Source: an uncultured Acidobacteriota bacterium (GTDB lineage Bacteria > Acidobacteriota > Thermoanaerobaculia > UBA5066 > Gp7-AA6). From it: DNA of 64,000 nucleotides. Under the pieces are notes generated by a model that saw nothing but the letters and a program-made list of their open reading frames with translations, did not search any database and was not told where the DNA came from. This document shows, one piece after another, positions 8,886 to 17,796 of this stretch. Numbering within the stretch: position 1 is the stretch's first letter; every line of letters begins with the position of its first letter. The translations under genes were made by a program, and so were the position numbers. The stretch is taken from the NCBI GenBank assembly GCA_963837495.1, contig CAWINF010000003.1, forward strand, positions 398,784 through 462,783. Direction: 5' to 3'.

Positions 8886-10423
8886 GGGGCCAACCCAAGC
8901 CCACACCCTCCTCCTGGAGGACGCTGGCCGCCGGCGTCCTCTCGGGTCTCCTCTACGCCCTGGCCTTCCCGCCGCTCGAGTGGGTGCTCTTGCTGCCGCT
9001 GGCTCTCGTGCCCTGGATGCTCGCGCTCGCGGCGGAAGAAAGCCGTGCCCGCGCCCTCCTCTCCGGGTTCGTCTTCGGCCTCGCCTACTGGTGCGCTTCG
9101 ATCCCGTGGATCTTCTACGTCGTCACGCGTTACGGCGGCCAGTCCGAAGTCATGGGCGTCATCTGCGTGCTCATCCTGGCCGCGATTCTGGCCGAGTGGC
9201 CCGCGGTCGTGGCCTGGGGAGTCGTCTCCTGCGCGAGGGCGGGCTCGTGGAGGCGTTTCGCCGCCTTTCCGTTGCTCTGGATGGCGGCCGAGCACGCGAG
9301 GTCCTTCGTCTATGGAGGGTTCCCCTGGAATCTGACCGGGCACGCTCTCTATCGCCACCCGGTCTGGACGCAGTCCGCGTCCGTGTGGGGCGTTTACGGA
9401 GTCGGCCTCGCCGTCATGGCCACGACGGCCCTTCTGGCGGCATCGATCCGGAAGCGCAGCGCGCGCCCCATCCTGGCGGCCGCGGCCCTGGCGCTCGCCG
9501 CCGGAGGCTGGGGAGCGCTGCGGCTGGCCGCGAAGCCCGAGGGAGGCGCGCCTCTGCCGGTCGCTCTTCTCCAGCCGAACCTTTCGCAGGAGTCCCGCCT
9601 GGCCGCCGGCGGTGAAGCGAGCAACTATCTCGCCGTGATCGAGTCCGCGCGCGCGGCCGCGACTTCGAAGCCGTCGCTCATCGTGATCCCCGAGTCGGCA
9701 TTTCCAACCTACTGGCAGAGGAGCGAGCGGATGCGGCGGGACTTGACCGGGATCGCGCGGGAGAGCGGCGGAGCCGTTTTGTTCAACGACGTCCAGGAGG
9801 AGCCGGACGGGCGCTATTACAACGTGGCGCGCCTCTGCGGACCGGAGGGGCTTCTCGGAAATCCCTATCGCAAGGTCCACCTCGTCCCCTTCGGCGAGTA
9901 CGTTCCGCTGCCCAGGCTCTTCTTCTTCGTGCGGCAGATCTCGACGGAGATCGGGGCTTTCTCCGCGGCGTCGCGCCCGGCGACGATCGGATGGGGGCCG
10001 CTGTCGGTCGGCCTCGGGGTCTGCTATGAGGTTCTGTATCCTTCCCTCGCTCGGGCGGAGGTCGCGCAGGGAGCCAACCTTCTGGCGACGATCTCCAACG
10101 ACTCCTGGTACGGGCGGGCGGGCGCGCAGCCCCAGCACTTCGCGGGAGCCGTCCTGAGGGCGGTCGAGAACCGCCGGTATCTTCTGCGCGCGGCGATCAC
10201 GGGCATCTCGGGCATCGTGGACGAGAAGGGGCGCATCCTCCAGGAGCTGGGAGAGAACCGCTCCGGCATCCTGCGCGGAACCGCCCGGCTTCTCAAGTCT
10301 GAGACCGCCTGGACGCGATGGGGTTACTGGCTGCCCCGTCTGGGCGATGCCGCGGGGCTCGCCGTGCTACTCTTCGGCGCTGTCCGACTCCTCGGCTCTC
10401 GAAAGCCGAGGGGCGGCAGCTGA
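8882..10423 (+). CDS. lnt: Apolipoprotein N-acyltransferase.
   Basis: Multi-TM N-terminus plus a CN-hydrolase domain (IVIPESAF..., GVCYEVLYP, NDSWY). GTGA overlap with lipA. Confidence 0.9.
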   Translation: MRGQPKPTPSSWRTLAAGVLSGLLYALAFPPLEWVLLLPLALVPWMLALAAEESRARALLSGFVFGLAYWCASIPWIFYVVTRYGGQSEVMGVICVLILAAILAEWPAVVAWGVVSCARAGSWRRFAAFPLLWMAAEHARSFVYGGFPWNLTGHALYRHPVWTQSASVWGVYGVGLAVMATTALLAASIRKRSARPILAAAALALAAGGWGALRLAAKPEGGAPLPVALLQPNLSQESRLAAGGEASNYLAVIESARAAATSKPSLIVIPESAFPTYWQRSERMRRDLTGIARESGGAVLFNDVQEEPDGRYYNVARLCGPEGLLGNPYRKVHLVPFGEYVPLPRLFFFVRQISTEIGAFSAASRPATIGWGPLSVGLGVCYEVLYPSLARAEVAQGANLLATISNDSWYGRAGAQPQHFAGAVLRAVENRRYLLRAAITGISGIVDEKGRILQELGENRSGILRGTARLLKSETAWTRWGYWLPRLGDAAGLAVLLFGAVRLLGSRKPRGGS

Positions 10424-10432
10424 GATCATCCA

Positions 10433-11552
10433 ATGACCGAACGCGACGACCTGATCGCCCGCCTCAAAGCCGCCTCGGAGCGACTCCTCTCGCTCCGGGG
10501 CTATCTTTGATCAGGACGCCGCGCGGAGCGCGCTCGAGGGACTGAGGCGCAAGGCCGCCGCACCGGATTTCTGGTCCCGCCCGGAAGAAGCTCAGGAAGT
10601 CCTTCGACAGAGCCGCGCGCACGAGCGCAAGCTCGACACGGCCGGCAGCCTGGACGAGCTCCGCGACGAGCTCGACACCTTCGCCGAGCTGCTCAAAGAA
10701 GGGGAGCCCGCGGAGCCGGACGCCCGGGAGGCGTTGGGAAAAGCCTCGGCGTTCGCCGACGAGCTGGAGCTGTCGGTCAAGATGGGATCGCCCGAGGACC
10801 CCAAGAACGCCTGGCTCATGATCCACGCCGGCGCGGGCGGCACGGAATCGCAGGACTGGGCGGAGATGCTGCTGCGCATGTACCTGCGCTTCTGCGAGCA
10901 GCGCGGGTGGAAGGCCGAGCTGATCGACCGGCAGGACGGCGAGGAAGCGGGCTTGAAGAGCGCGACGCTCCACGTCGTCGGGGACCACGCTTATGGCTAC
11001 CTGAAGGGAGAGATGGGGGTCCATCGCCTGGTGCGCATCTCCCCCTTCGACGCGGCGCAGCGCCGCCACACCTCCTTCGCGTCGATCTACGTCTCGCCGG
11101 AGGTAGACGAGGACATCCAGATCGAGATCGCGGACAAGGACCTGCGCGTGGACACCTACCGCTCGAGCGGCGCCGGAGGCCAGCACGTCAACGTCACGGA
11201 CTCGGCCGTGCGCCTGACGCATCTGCCCACCGGAATCGTCGTGACGTGCCAGAACGAGCGCAGCCAGGGGCGCAACCGCGATCTGGCCATGAGGGTGCTG
11301 CGCGCTCGCCTCTACCAGCGGGCGCTGGACGAGCGACGGGCGGACGAAGAGAAGCTCGTGGGTGATAAGAAATCCATCGAGTGGGGAAGCCAGATCCGAT
11401 CGTACGTGCTCCACCCTTACCGGATGGTCAAGGACCACCGCACCGGGTACGAAACCGGCGACACCGACAAGGTCCTGGACGGCGGCCTGGCTCCCTTCAT
11501 CGAGGCCTACCTGAAGTCCCGGGCCGATTCCGGCCGCGCCGTCGGAGCCTAG
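10433..11552 (+). CDS. prfB: Peptide chain release factor 2, with a programmed +1 frameshift.
   Basis: Frame 0 reads MTERDDLIARLKAASERLLSLRGYL then TGA at 10508. Shifting +1 at CTT (10505-10507) continues as DQDAARSALEGLRRKAAAPDFWSRPEEAQ... through the GGQ-containing RF2 body (SPFDAAQRRHTSF, RSSGAGGQHVN). The site context CGGGGC-TAT-CTT-TGA is near-identical to E. coli. Confidence 0.9.
10495..10511 (+). promoter_or_regulatory. prfB autoregulatory +1 frameshift site (internal SD-like GGGG, then TAT CTT TGA).
   Basis: Sequence cGGGGc TAT CTT TGA t. The in-frame UGA is followed immediately by the RF2 reading frame in +1. Confidence 0.85.
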
Positions 11553-11584
11553 TCTTGGGTCGCGCGGCCCCGCCGCGGAGCTGG

Positions 11585-12133
11585 ATGGACGAGATCCGCG
11601 CCCGTCTCTCCGCTCGTCATCCGCGCGAGCCCGAAATTCCCGGAGAGGAGCTCCGGCGGGCCGGCGTGCTCGTCCCGCTTTTCGTGCGCGACGCCGGTCT
11701 CTGGATTCTCTTTACCCGCCGCACCGAAAGCCTCGAGCATCATCCCGGACAGATCTCGTTTCCCGGAGGATCCGAAGAGCCCGGCGATGAAAGCCTCTTT
11801 GCCACGGCGGTGCGGGAGACGGAGGAGGAACTGGCGGTCGCGCCGTCGGACATCATGGCTCTGGGCTCCCTCTCGCCGATCGTGACGGTCACTCACTTCT
11901 ACGTCGAGCCCTACGTGGCGGCGCTGCCTCAGCCCTACGTCTGGAAGCCCGCGGAGGCGGAGATCGCCGAGGTCATCGAGGTCCCGATCCGGGCCCTCAT
12001 GGACCCCGCGGTCCTCGAGAAGAAGCCAATGCCCGGGCGCGAGGGCCTCATCCTCTTCTACCGTCACGACCGCCACGTCATCTGGGGAGCAACCGCCGCG
12101 ATCCTCTCCGAGCTCCTCGAGGCCCTGAAGTAA
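11585..12133 (+). CDS. NUDIX hydrolase (CoA pyrophosphatase NudL-like).
   Basis: Nudix box GGSEEPGDESLFATAVRETEEELAV. Start taken at ATG 11585 (alternative TTG 11555); the listed ORF starts further upstream in the same frame. Confidence 0.8.
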   Translation: MDEIRARLSARHPREPEIPGEELRRAGVLVPLFVRDAGLWILFTRRTESLEHHPGQISFPGGSEEPGDESLFATAVRETEEELAVAPSDIMALGSLSPIVTVTHFYVEPYVAALPQPYVWKPAEAEIAEVIEVPIRALMDPAVLEKKPMPGREGLILFYRHDRHVIWGATAAILSELLEALK

Positions 12134-12193
12134 GTTGACGATTAGAGAGGATTGATCGATTGAGGACGCCTGATCCTTAAATCCTTCACTCGT

Positions 12194-13078
12194 TCAATGC
12201 GCGTAGGTCTTCTCACCGGCCTCAATGCGGATTCCAAGTCGGTTCTGAGCCGGCGGCAAGGGACATGTCGCGTAAGGCGTGAATACGCAGGGCGGGTTGT
12301 AGGCCTTGTTGAAGTCCAGAACGACGCGCCCGTTCATGTCCGGCGGCGCCGCGTAGAGGAAACGGCCGCCCCCGTAGGTCTCGATGCCGTTTGTCTGGTC
12401 CCCGAAGATCAGGAAGAGGTCCTCGGTTCCCGACTCGGCGACCGCGTCAATTCGAAACTCCCTCCCTCCGAGGCGGAAGACGACCGCGCCCGGAGATTTC
12501 TCCTGTTCGATCGAGCCGAGGATGTTGGGGACGGCGATCGTCTTGCCGGCCGGATAGGCGTCGAAGCGCGCGTCGAACCGCCACTTCAGATCGATGGGGT
12601 AGCTTTCGATGCCGTGGAACGCCAGGAGCGCCGGGCTTCGGCTGTCCTTGACCCGGACGCCGAAGCGTTTCCCTCTCCGGACCAAATAGAAGCTGACGCT
12701 GCCGCGCCGGAGAAGGGTCGGCTCACCCTCCGCGTCGGAACGAAGCGCCATCGTCGCGGCGGGACGCCCGCCAACCGTGAGACCGGCGTCCGGCCAGGCC
12801 CGGAGGGTGACCACTCCTCCCGAGAGATCGAGGGAGCCCAGCGCCTTGCCTCCTTTCGCCTCGGGAAAGACGATGCGGTTGGTCTTCGGATCGACGCCGA
12901 AAGCGTTCTGTCCTTCGTGCAGCCAGAAGAGGCCAACGAGCGTCAACCACCCATCCTCCTTCTTCAGGCTCGCCACCCTCTTCGCTCGCCACGCCTCGAC
13001 GTCCGCCCGCTGCGTCTCGGCCGTGGTCGCAGGCTTCGCAACCCTGCGAGGACTCGGGACCAAAATCGAGCCCATCAT
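12194..13078 (-). CDS. DUF1684-like protein.
   Basis: WRAKRVASLKKEDGWLTLVGLFWLHEGQNAFG matches the DUF1684 signature. The listed 433-aa ORF extends its N-terminus through the tRNA-derived repeat array and is rejected. Likely start is ATG 13078 or GTG 13116. Confidence 0.6.
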   Translation of the reverse strand: MMGSILVPSPRRVAKPATTAETQRADVEAWRAKRVASLKKEDGWLTLVGLFWLHEGQNAFGVDPKTNRIVFPEAKGGKALGSLDLSGGVVTLRAWPDAGLTVGGRPAATMALRSDAEGEPTLLRRGSVSFYLVRRGKRFGVRVKDSRSPALLAFHGIESYPIDLKWRFDARFDAYPAGKTIAVPNILGSIEQEKSPGAVVFRLGGREFRIDAVAESGTEDLFLIFGDQTNGIETYGGGRFLYAAPPDMNGRVVLDFNKAYNPPCVFTPYATCPLPPAQNRLGIRIEAGEKTYAH

Positions 13079-13149
13079 CAGAAAAGAGAATGCGCCGAGC
13101 CAAGGCCAATGCCAGCGACCGTTCACGCATCCGATTCTAGGCCACGGTC

Positions 13150-13616
13150 CTCGGCTCATGGAAGCCAGCCGTGTCCGGACACGGCTCGTGGAGAGATCTC
13201 GATCGACAGAGGAGAGTTGGTGGCCCCAACGAGACTCGAACCCGTGCCGCGGCCTCCGGGGGGCTCGGGGGGCACCACGTGCCCCCCGCTCATGGAGCCA
13301 GCCGTGTCCGGACACGGCTCGTGAAGAGATCTCGATCGACAGAGGAGAACTGGTGGCCCCAACGGGACTCGAACCCGTGCCGCGGCCTCCGGGGGGCTCG
13401 GGGGGCATCACGTGCCCCCCGCTCATGGAGCCAGCCGTGTCCGGACACGGCTCGTGGAGAGATCTCGATCGACAGAGGAGAACTGGTGGCCCCAACGGGA
13501 CTCGAACCCGTGCCGCGGCCTCCGGGGGGCTCGGGGGGCACCACGTGCCCCCCGCTCATGGAGCCAGCCGTGTTCGGACACGGCTCGTGGAGAGATCTCG
13601 ATCGACAGAGGAGAAC
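13150..13616 (-). repeat. Tandem array of tRNA-Glu-derived units, period 133 bp. Three perfect units start (plus-strand coordinates) at 13218, 13351 and 13484; a partial unit covers 13150-13217.
   Basis: On the minus strand each unit ends with the exact tRNA-Glu T-arm and acceptor 3' strand plus CCA (ggccgcggcacgggttcgagtcccgttggggccacca). This is preceded by two perfect GC hairpins (GGGGGGCAC..GUGCCCCCC and AGCCGUGUCC/GGACACGGCU) and a palindromic GATCGAGATCTC segment. Confidence 0.85.
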
Positions 13617-13691
13617 TGGTGGCCCCAACGGGACTCGAACCCGTGCCGCGGCCTTGAAAGAGCCGTGTCCTAACCACTAGACGATGGGGCC
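13617..13691 (-). tRNA. tRNA-Glu(UUC).
   Basis: Minus strand GGCCCCATCGTCTAGTGGTTAGGACACGGCTCTTTCAAGGCCGCGGCACGGGTTCGAGTCCCGTTGGGGCCACCA. It has a full cloverleaf, anticodon loop CTTTCAA and an encoded CCA. Confidence 0.9.
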
Positions 13692-13854
13692 CGAAAAAAC
13701 GATAGCACGCATGTCATATTGAGCCGAACTGCGAGGGACTCGAACCCGTGCCGCGGCCTCCGGGGGGCTCGGGGGGCCACATGGCCCCCCGCTCAAATCA
13801 GCCAGGCGTGTCGGCTCCGCAGGAGCCGTGTCCTAACCACTAGACGATGGGGCC
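13692..13854 (-). ncRNA. tRNA-Glu-like pseudo-tRNA or structured RNA unit (163 nt).
   Basis: Intact tRNA-Glu 5' half (GGCCCCATCGTCTAGTGGTTAGGACACGGCT). The anticodon loop is replaced by a 7-bp stem with a UGC triloop. A ~60-nt GC-hairpin insertion and a T-arm follow, but the acceptor 3' strand is non-complementary. It ends GCGUGCUAUCGUUUUUUCG. Confidence 0.5.
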
Positions 13855-14018
13855 CGAAAAAACGATAGCACGCATGTCATATTGAGCCGAACTGCGAGGG
13901 ACTCGAACCCGTGCCGCGGCCTCCGGGGGGCTCGGGGGGCCACATGGCCCCCCGCTCAAATCGGCCAGCCGTGTCGGCCGCGTAGCGGCCGTGTCCTAAC
14001 CACCTAGACGATGGGGCC
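13855..14018 (-). ncRNA. Second tRNA-Glu-like pseudo-unit (164 nt), paralogous to 13692-13854.
   Basis: Same architecture. The replaced anticodon arm differs by compensatory pairs (CGGCUCC-UGC-GGAGCCG versus CGGCCGC-UAC-GCGGCCG). Confidence 0.5.
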
Positions 14019-14110
14019 TCGGACCGAGAAAAACGATAGCACGGGGATCTCATTCCGCGCCGAGCAGCGCGGGACTCGAACCGGTACCGCCGGCGCCGGT
14101 GAGCCCCTCA
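14019..14110 (-). repeat. Partial third tRNA-like unit (T-arm-like GGTTCGAGTCC, CUAUCGUUUUUC spacer and GC hairpins).
   Basis: Contains gcgggactcgaaccggtacc and the perfect palindrome ccctctcccgccgggagaggg. Confidence 0.4.
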
Positions 14111-14146
14111 CCCCGACCCTCTCCCGCCGGGAGAGGGAGAAGGGCG

Positions 14147-14179
14147 CTAAAAACAGAAGTGCCGGCTTGCGCCGGCACT
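14147..14179 (-). terminator. Rho-independent terminator for the small secreted-protein gene.
   Basis: Minus-strand hairpin AGUGCCGGC-GCAA-GCCGGCACU followed by UCUGUUUUU, about 25 nt after the stop at 14204. Confidence 0.7.
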
Positions 14180-14203
14180 CGATGATCCGTGATCGGCGGA
14201 GTC

Positions 14204-14515
14204 TTACTTCGAGGGGGCCTTGGTGGGCTCGGGCTTGGCGGGCTCGGTTTCCATCTTCGTCTCGGTGCTCTTCTTGGTGGTGGTCTTGCCCTTCTTGGTC
14301 ACCTTCTTGTGGGCCTTCTTCTTGGTGGTCATCTTCTTGCCCGGTTCCTTGGTCTCAGTCGTGGTCGAGGTGCTCGTGGACTGGGAGCCGGTGACCGGGT
14401 TCGTCGACTTCTTCGACTCCGTCGAGGACTTGGTTTCCGTGGTCTGCGCGAAGACGCCGGTCGGGAAGGCCAGCGCCACCGCCAGGGCCACGAACTTCAA
14501 CAGGGACTTCTTCAT
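14204..14515 (-). CDS. Small secreted Ser/Thr/Lys-rich low-complexity protein (103 aa).
   Basis: Strong RBS AAAGGAGAG 7 nt upstream of the ATG. Signal peptide MKKSLLKFVALAVALAFPTGVFA and a downstream terminator. Confidence 0.75.
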   Translation of the reverse strand: MKKSLLKFVALAVALAFPTGVFAQTTETKSSTESKKSTNPVTGSQSTSTSTTTETKEPGKKMTTKKKAHKKVTKKGKTTTKKSTETKMETEPAKPEPTKAPSK

Positions 14516-14723
14516 CTTTTCTCTCCTTTTCGGCGCGGGGCACTACGCACCGCGTCACTCACAGGCAGGGACTCTAGATCTCTGCGAGTGAACCCAACAT
14601 GAACGCGGGAACGGCCTTTCGAGGAGTCTCGAACTCATTGAGACTATTGGTCTTGTGCCGCAGCGCTCCAGCGTCCAGAGAGGAACTTTCAGACTCGGCT
14701 TCGCCTCCTCAAACCTGTGAGAT

Positions 14724-17700
14724 TCACGCGCCGGCGGCGCTGCCGGGACCGGCAAGCCTGCCCCGGGGATCCAGAAAGGAGTAGAGGGCGGGCAGCACGA
14801 GAAGAACGAGAGGGCCGGACAGGAGGAATCCTCCGATGACGGCGATCGCGAGCGGTTGCTGGAGCTGCGCGCCCTCGCCCAGCGCGAACGCCAGCGGGGC
14901 GAGAGCGAAGACACTCGCAAGGACCGTCATCGCGACGGGCCGCAGCCGCCGGCGAGCCGCGGCTCTCCACGCCTGCGCGGGAACGAGGCCCTCGCGCAGG
15001 GACTTCCGCGCCTCATGAATGACGAAGATGGCGTTCTCGCCGACGATTCCGACCATCATGATCGCGCCGACGAAGCTGGAGATGTTGAGCGTCATTCCCG
15101 TCAGCAGGAGGAGGCCGAAGACACCGGCCAGGACCGCCAGCGCGATAACACTCGTGACCAGCGGAGCCCTCCAATCCCCGAACTCGAAGAGAAGGACGAC
15201 GGAGACCAGGACGAGTCCCGCGATCAACACGAGCAGGAGTCCCTTGAACGAGGCCTGTTGCTGCTCGTAGATCCCTCCGAATCGGATCTCCATGCCCGGA
15301 GGCAGGTCGAGCCTCGTCTGGAGCGCGGTGCGGATCTCCGAGATGGCGCCTCCCAGGTCACGGCCGGAGAGGCGGGCGGTCACTCCGAGGAACGTCTTCA
15401 AATTCTCGCGGTCGATCTCCGCCTCGGGGGGACCGGTCGAGAGCGTGGCGATGGTCGAGAGCGGCACGAGCGCGCCCGAAGGAGTCCGGATCTTGAGCTG
15501 GTCCAGGCCCGCCGGAGCATTCTCGAAGACGCGAATGTCATAGACGCGTTCGCCGACACGGAGTGTTCCGGCGACGGTTCCCGTGACGGCCGGCTCCACG
15601 ACGGCATGAAGGTCTTCCGTCGTGAGCCCGAACCGCGACGCCTCTTCTCCCGCGGCGGAGCCAGACGTCGCGGCTTCGCGAAAGCGAGGCCGAACGTTCA
15701 GGGCGGGGCCGGCGATGACGACTCCATCGAAGACGTCCTCAACGCCTCGGACCGAGGAGATGATCCGGGCGGCTTCGCGCGCCTTGCGCTGGAGCAGCGC
15801 CTGGTCCTCTCCGAAGATCTTGATGTCGATGGGCTGAGGCGCGCCACCGGTCAGGTCTCCGATGTTGTCCTCGATGAGCTGCCCGAAGTCTGTGCGGAGG
15901 GCGGGCTCGACCGCCGCCAGCCGCGCGCGAAGGTCGTCGATGATGGCGCCGGCGGGGCGCCGGGCCTTACGAGGCTTCAACTTGATCACGTAGTCGCCGC
16001 GGTTGGGCTCCGTGATGAAGAAGCCGAGCTGGGTGCCGGTGCGGCGGGAGTAACTCTGGACGTCGGGAAGCGATCGGATGATCTTCTCGGCCTCGGAAAG
16101 GATCGTGTCCGTATCGGTTAACGAGGTTCCGGGCGGGGTCCAGTAGTCGAGGATGATCGAGCCCTCGTCCATGGAAGGGAGGAAGTCGCTTCCGATCATC
16201 CGGGAAAGGACATATCCGCCGGCCCACAGAAGGAGAGCGGCCGCGATCGGAAGAACCGGACGCCGAAGAAACAGACCGAGGGCGCGGTCGAGGCGCCGGC
16301 CCCGAGGAGGTCCCTGCCTCTTTGCCGGCGGGAGCGAGGAACCGGCCGCCAGCGGGACCGCGAACACCGCCAGGAAGAATGAAACGACGAGCGCCAGGGC
16401 CATCGTCAGCGCGAGAGGCTTGAAGAACGCGCCGGCGACGCCGGTCAGCAGCGCGAAAGGGACGAAGATGATGATCGTCGAGAGGCTCGATCCGACGAGC
16501 GCCGGCAGCAGGTCTGCCACGCCGCGCCCGGCCGGGTCGTCCGCGCGCTCCTCCCGTTTCCTGTGGATGTTCTCGACGACGACGATCGCGTCGTCGGCGA
16601 TGAGGCCAAGGGCGGCGGCGATCCCTCCGAGAGTCATGAGATTGATGGTCTGTCCCACCGCACCGAGCAGGAGCAACACGACCGCGACGCTCACGGGGAT
16701 GGCGGCGACGGCGATCAGGGTCAGCCGCAGGCTTCGAAGGAACAACAGCAGGACGATTGCGGCCAGAACGACGCCGATGAGGATCGCGTCGCGGGCGCCG
16801 CCGACCGAGCGGGAAACAAACGTCGCCTGGTCGTAGAAAGGCGTCCAGGTGACGTCGCGGGGAATGAGCCCCGGTTTCTCCTTGAAGATTGCCGCGACCC
16901 CCCGCGCGATGTCCACCGTGTTGGCCGCGGGCTGGCGGATCAGGTTGACGAGGACGGCCGGACGTCCGTCGGCCGTCGTCCGGATGTAGGAAACGGCGTC
17001 GCCCGCCGCAACCGTTCCGAGCTCCCCGACGTGCGCCGGGACACCGCCTCCCGGGACCGGCACCGGGATTTGCGCCACTGCGTCGGTTCCAGCGGCGCGT
17101 CCATCCACGAGCGCAAGGTAGAGCTCGTGGTTGGCCTCGGTCAGCCCCGCGGAGAGAATCTGGTTGTTCTTCCTGACCGCCGTGACGACGTCGGCGGAAG
17201 AGAGTCGCCGGCCGGCGAGCGCCTGCGAGTCCAGGCGAACCTGAAACTCGCGCTTGCGGCCTCCCTGGATCTGGACCTCGGAGACACCGGGAATGCGGAT
17301 GAGCTCGGGCTTCAGCACGAACTCGGCCAGGACAAGCAGCTCGGCCTGGCTGCGGGTCGGCGAGGAGAGCGCGTAGCCCAGGATCGGGAAGATCGCGGTG
17401 TTCATCCACTCGACGTCCATTCTCGCGCCGGCGGGAAGGTCCGGTCGGATCCGCTCGACTTCCGCCTGGACGCGCTGAAGGGCCGTCTGCATGTCGGTCC
17501 CCCAGGCAAAGTTGGCGGAGATCTCCGTTGATCCGCGGGATGTCGTCGAGAGGACCCGGAGGATTCCGGGCACGCGAAGAATCGCTTCCTCAAGCGGGCG
17601 CGTCACCGTCGGCATCATCCAGGCGGCCGGCTCTTCGCCGACGTCGGCGATCACTTTCACGAGCGGAAACGTGACCGAAGGGAAGATCGAGGACGGCAGG

Positions 17701-17792
17701 CGCAGGGCCGCGAAGACGCCTCCGGCGACGAGGATCGCGATCAGGAGGAAAACCGCGGCGGGGCGCTCGCGGGACAGGCGCAGGAGGCTCAC
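14724..17792 (-). CDS. RND-family efflux pump inner-membrane transporter (AcrB/CzcA superfamily, 1022 aa).
   Basis: 12-TM RND architecture with two large periplasmic loops and the conserved TM4 motif GLIADDAIVVVENI. Last gene of a tolC-MFP-RND operon. Confidence 0.9.
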   Translation of the reverse strand: MSLLRLSRERPAAVFLLIAILVAGGVFAALRLPSSIFPSVTFPLVKVIADVGEEPAAWMMPTVTRPLEEAILRVPGILRVLSTTSRGSTEISANFAWGTDMQTALQRVQAEVERIRPDLPAGARMDVEWMNTAIFPILGYALSSPTRSQAELLVLAEFVLKPELIRIPGVSEVQIQGGRKREFQVRLDSQALAGRRLSSADVVTAVRKNNQILSAGLTEANHELYLALVDGRAAGTDAVAQIPVPVPGGGVPAHVGELGTVAAGDAVSYIRTTADGRPAVLVNLIRQPAANTVDIARGVAAIFKEKPGLIPRDVTWTPFYDQATFVSRSVGGARDAILIGVVLAAIVLLLFLRSLRLTLIAVAAIPVSVAVVLLLLGAVGQTINLMTLGGIAAALGLIADDAIVVVENIHRKREERADDPAGRGVADLLPALVGSSLSTIIIFVPFALLTGVAGAFFKPLALTMALALVVSFFLAVFAVPLAAGSSLPPAKRQGPPRGRRLDRALGLFLRRPVLPIAAALLLWAGGYVLSRMIGSDFLPSMDEGSIILDYWTPPGTSLTDTDTILSEAEKIIRSLPDVQSYSRRTGTQLGFFITEPNRGDYVIKLKPRKARRPAGAIIDDLRARLAAVEPALRTDFGQLIEDNIGDLTGGAPQPIDIKIFGEDQALLQRKAREAARIISSVRGVEDVFDGVVIAGPALNVRPRFREAATSGSAAGEEASRFGLTTEDLHAVVEPAVTGTVAGTLRVGERVYDIRVFENAPAGLDQLKIRTPSGALVPLSTIATLSTGPPEAEIDRENLKTFLGVTARLSGRDLGGAISEIRTALQTRLDLPPGMEIRFGGIYEQQQASFKGLLLVLIAGLVLVSVVLLFEFGDWRAPLVTSVIALAVLAGVFGLLLLTGMTLNISSFVGAIMMVGIVGENAIFVIHEARKSLREGLVPAQAWRAAARRRLRPVAMTVLASVFALAPLAFALGEGAQLQQPLAIAVIGGFLLSGPLVLLVLPALYSFLDPRGRLAGPGSAAGA

Positions 17793-17796
17793 GCGG

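Noticed and set aside
12194-13495. 433-aa version of the DUF1684 gene
   Set aside because: The N-terminal ~140 aa are translated from the tRNA-derived tandem repeats (identical peptide repeats, Pro/Gly/Ser-rich). The conserved domain begins near 13078.
13150-14110. CRISPR array
   Set aside because: The repeats are contiguous with no unique spacers, the unit is 133 bp, and each contains tRNA-Glu sequence. No cas genes are nearby.
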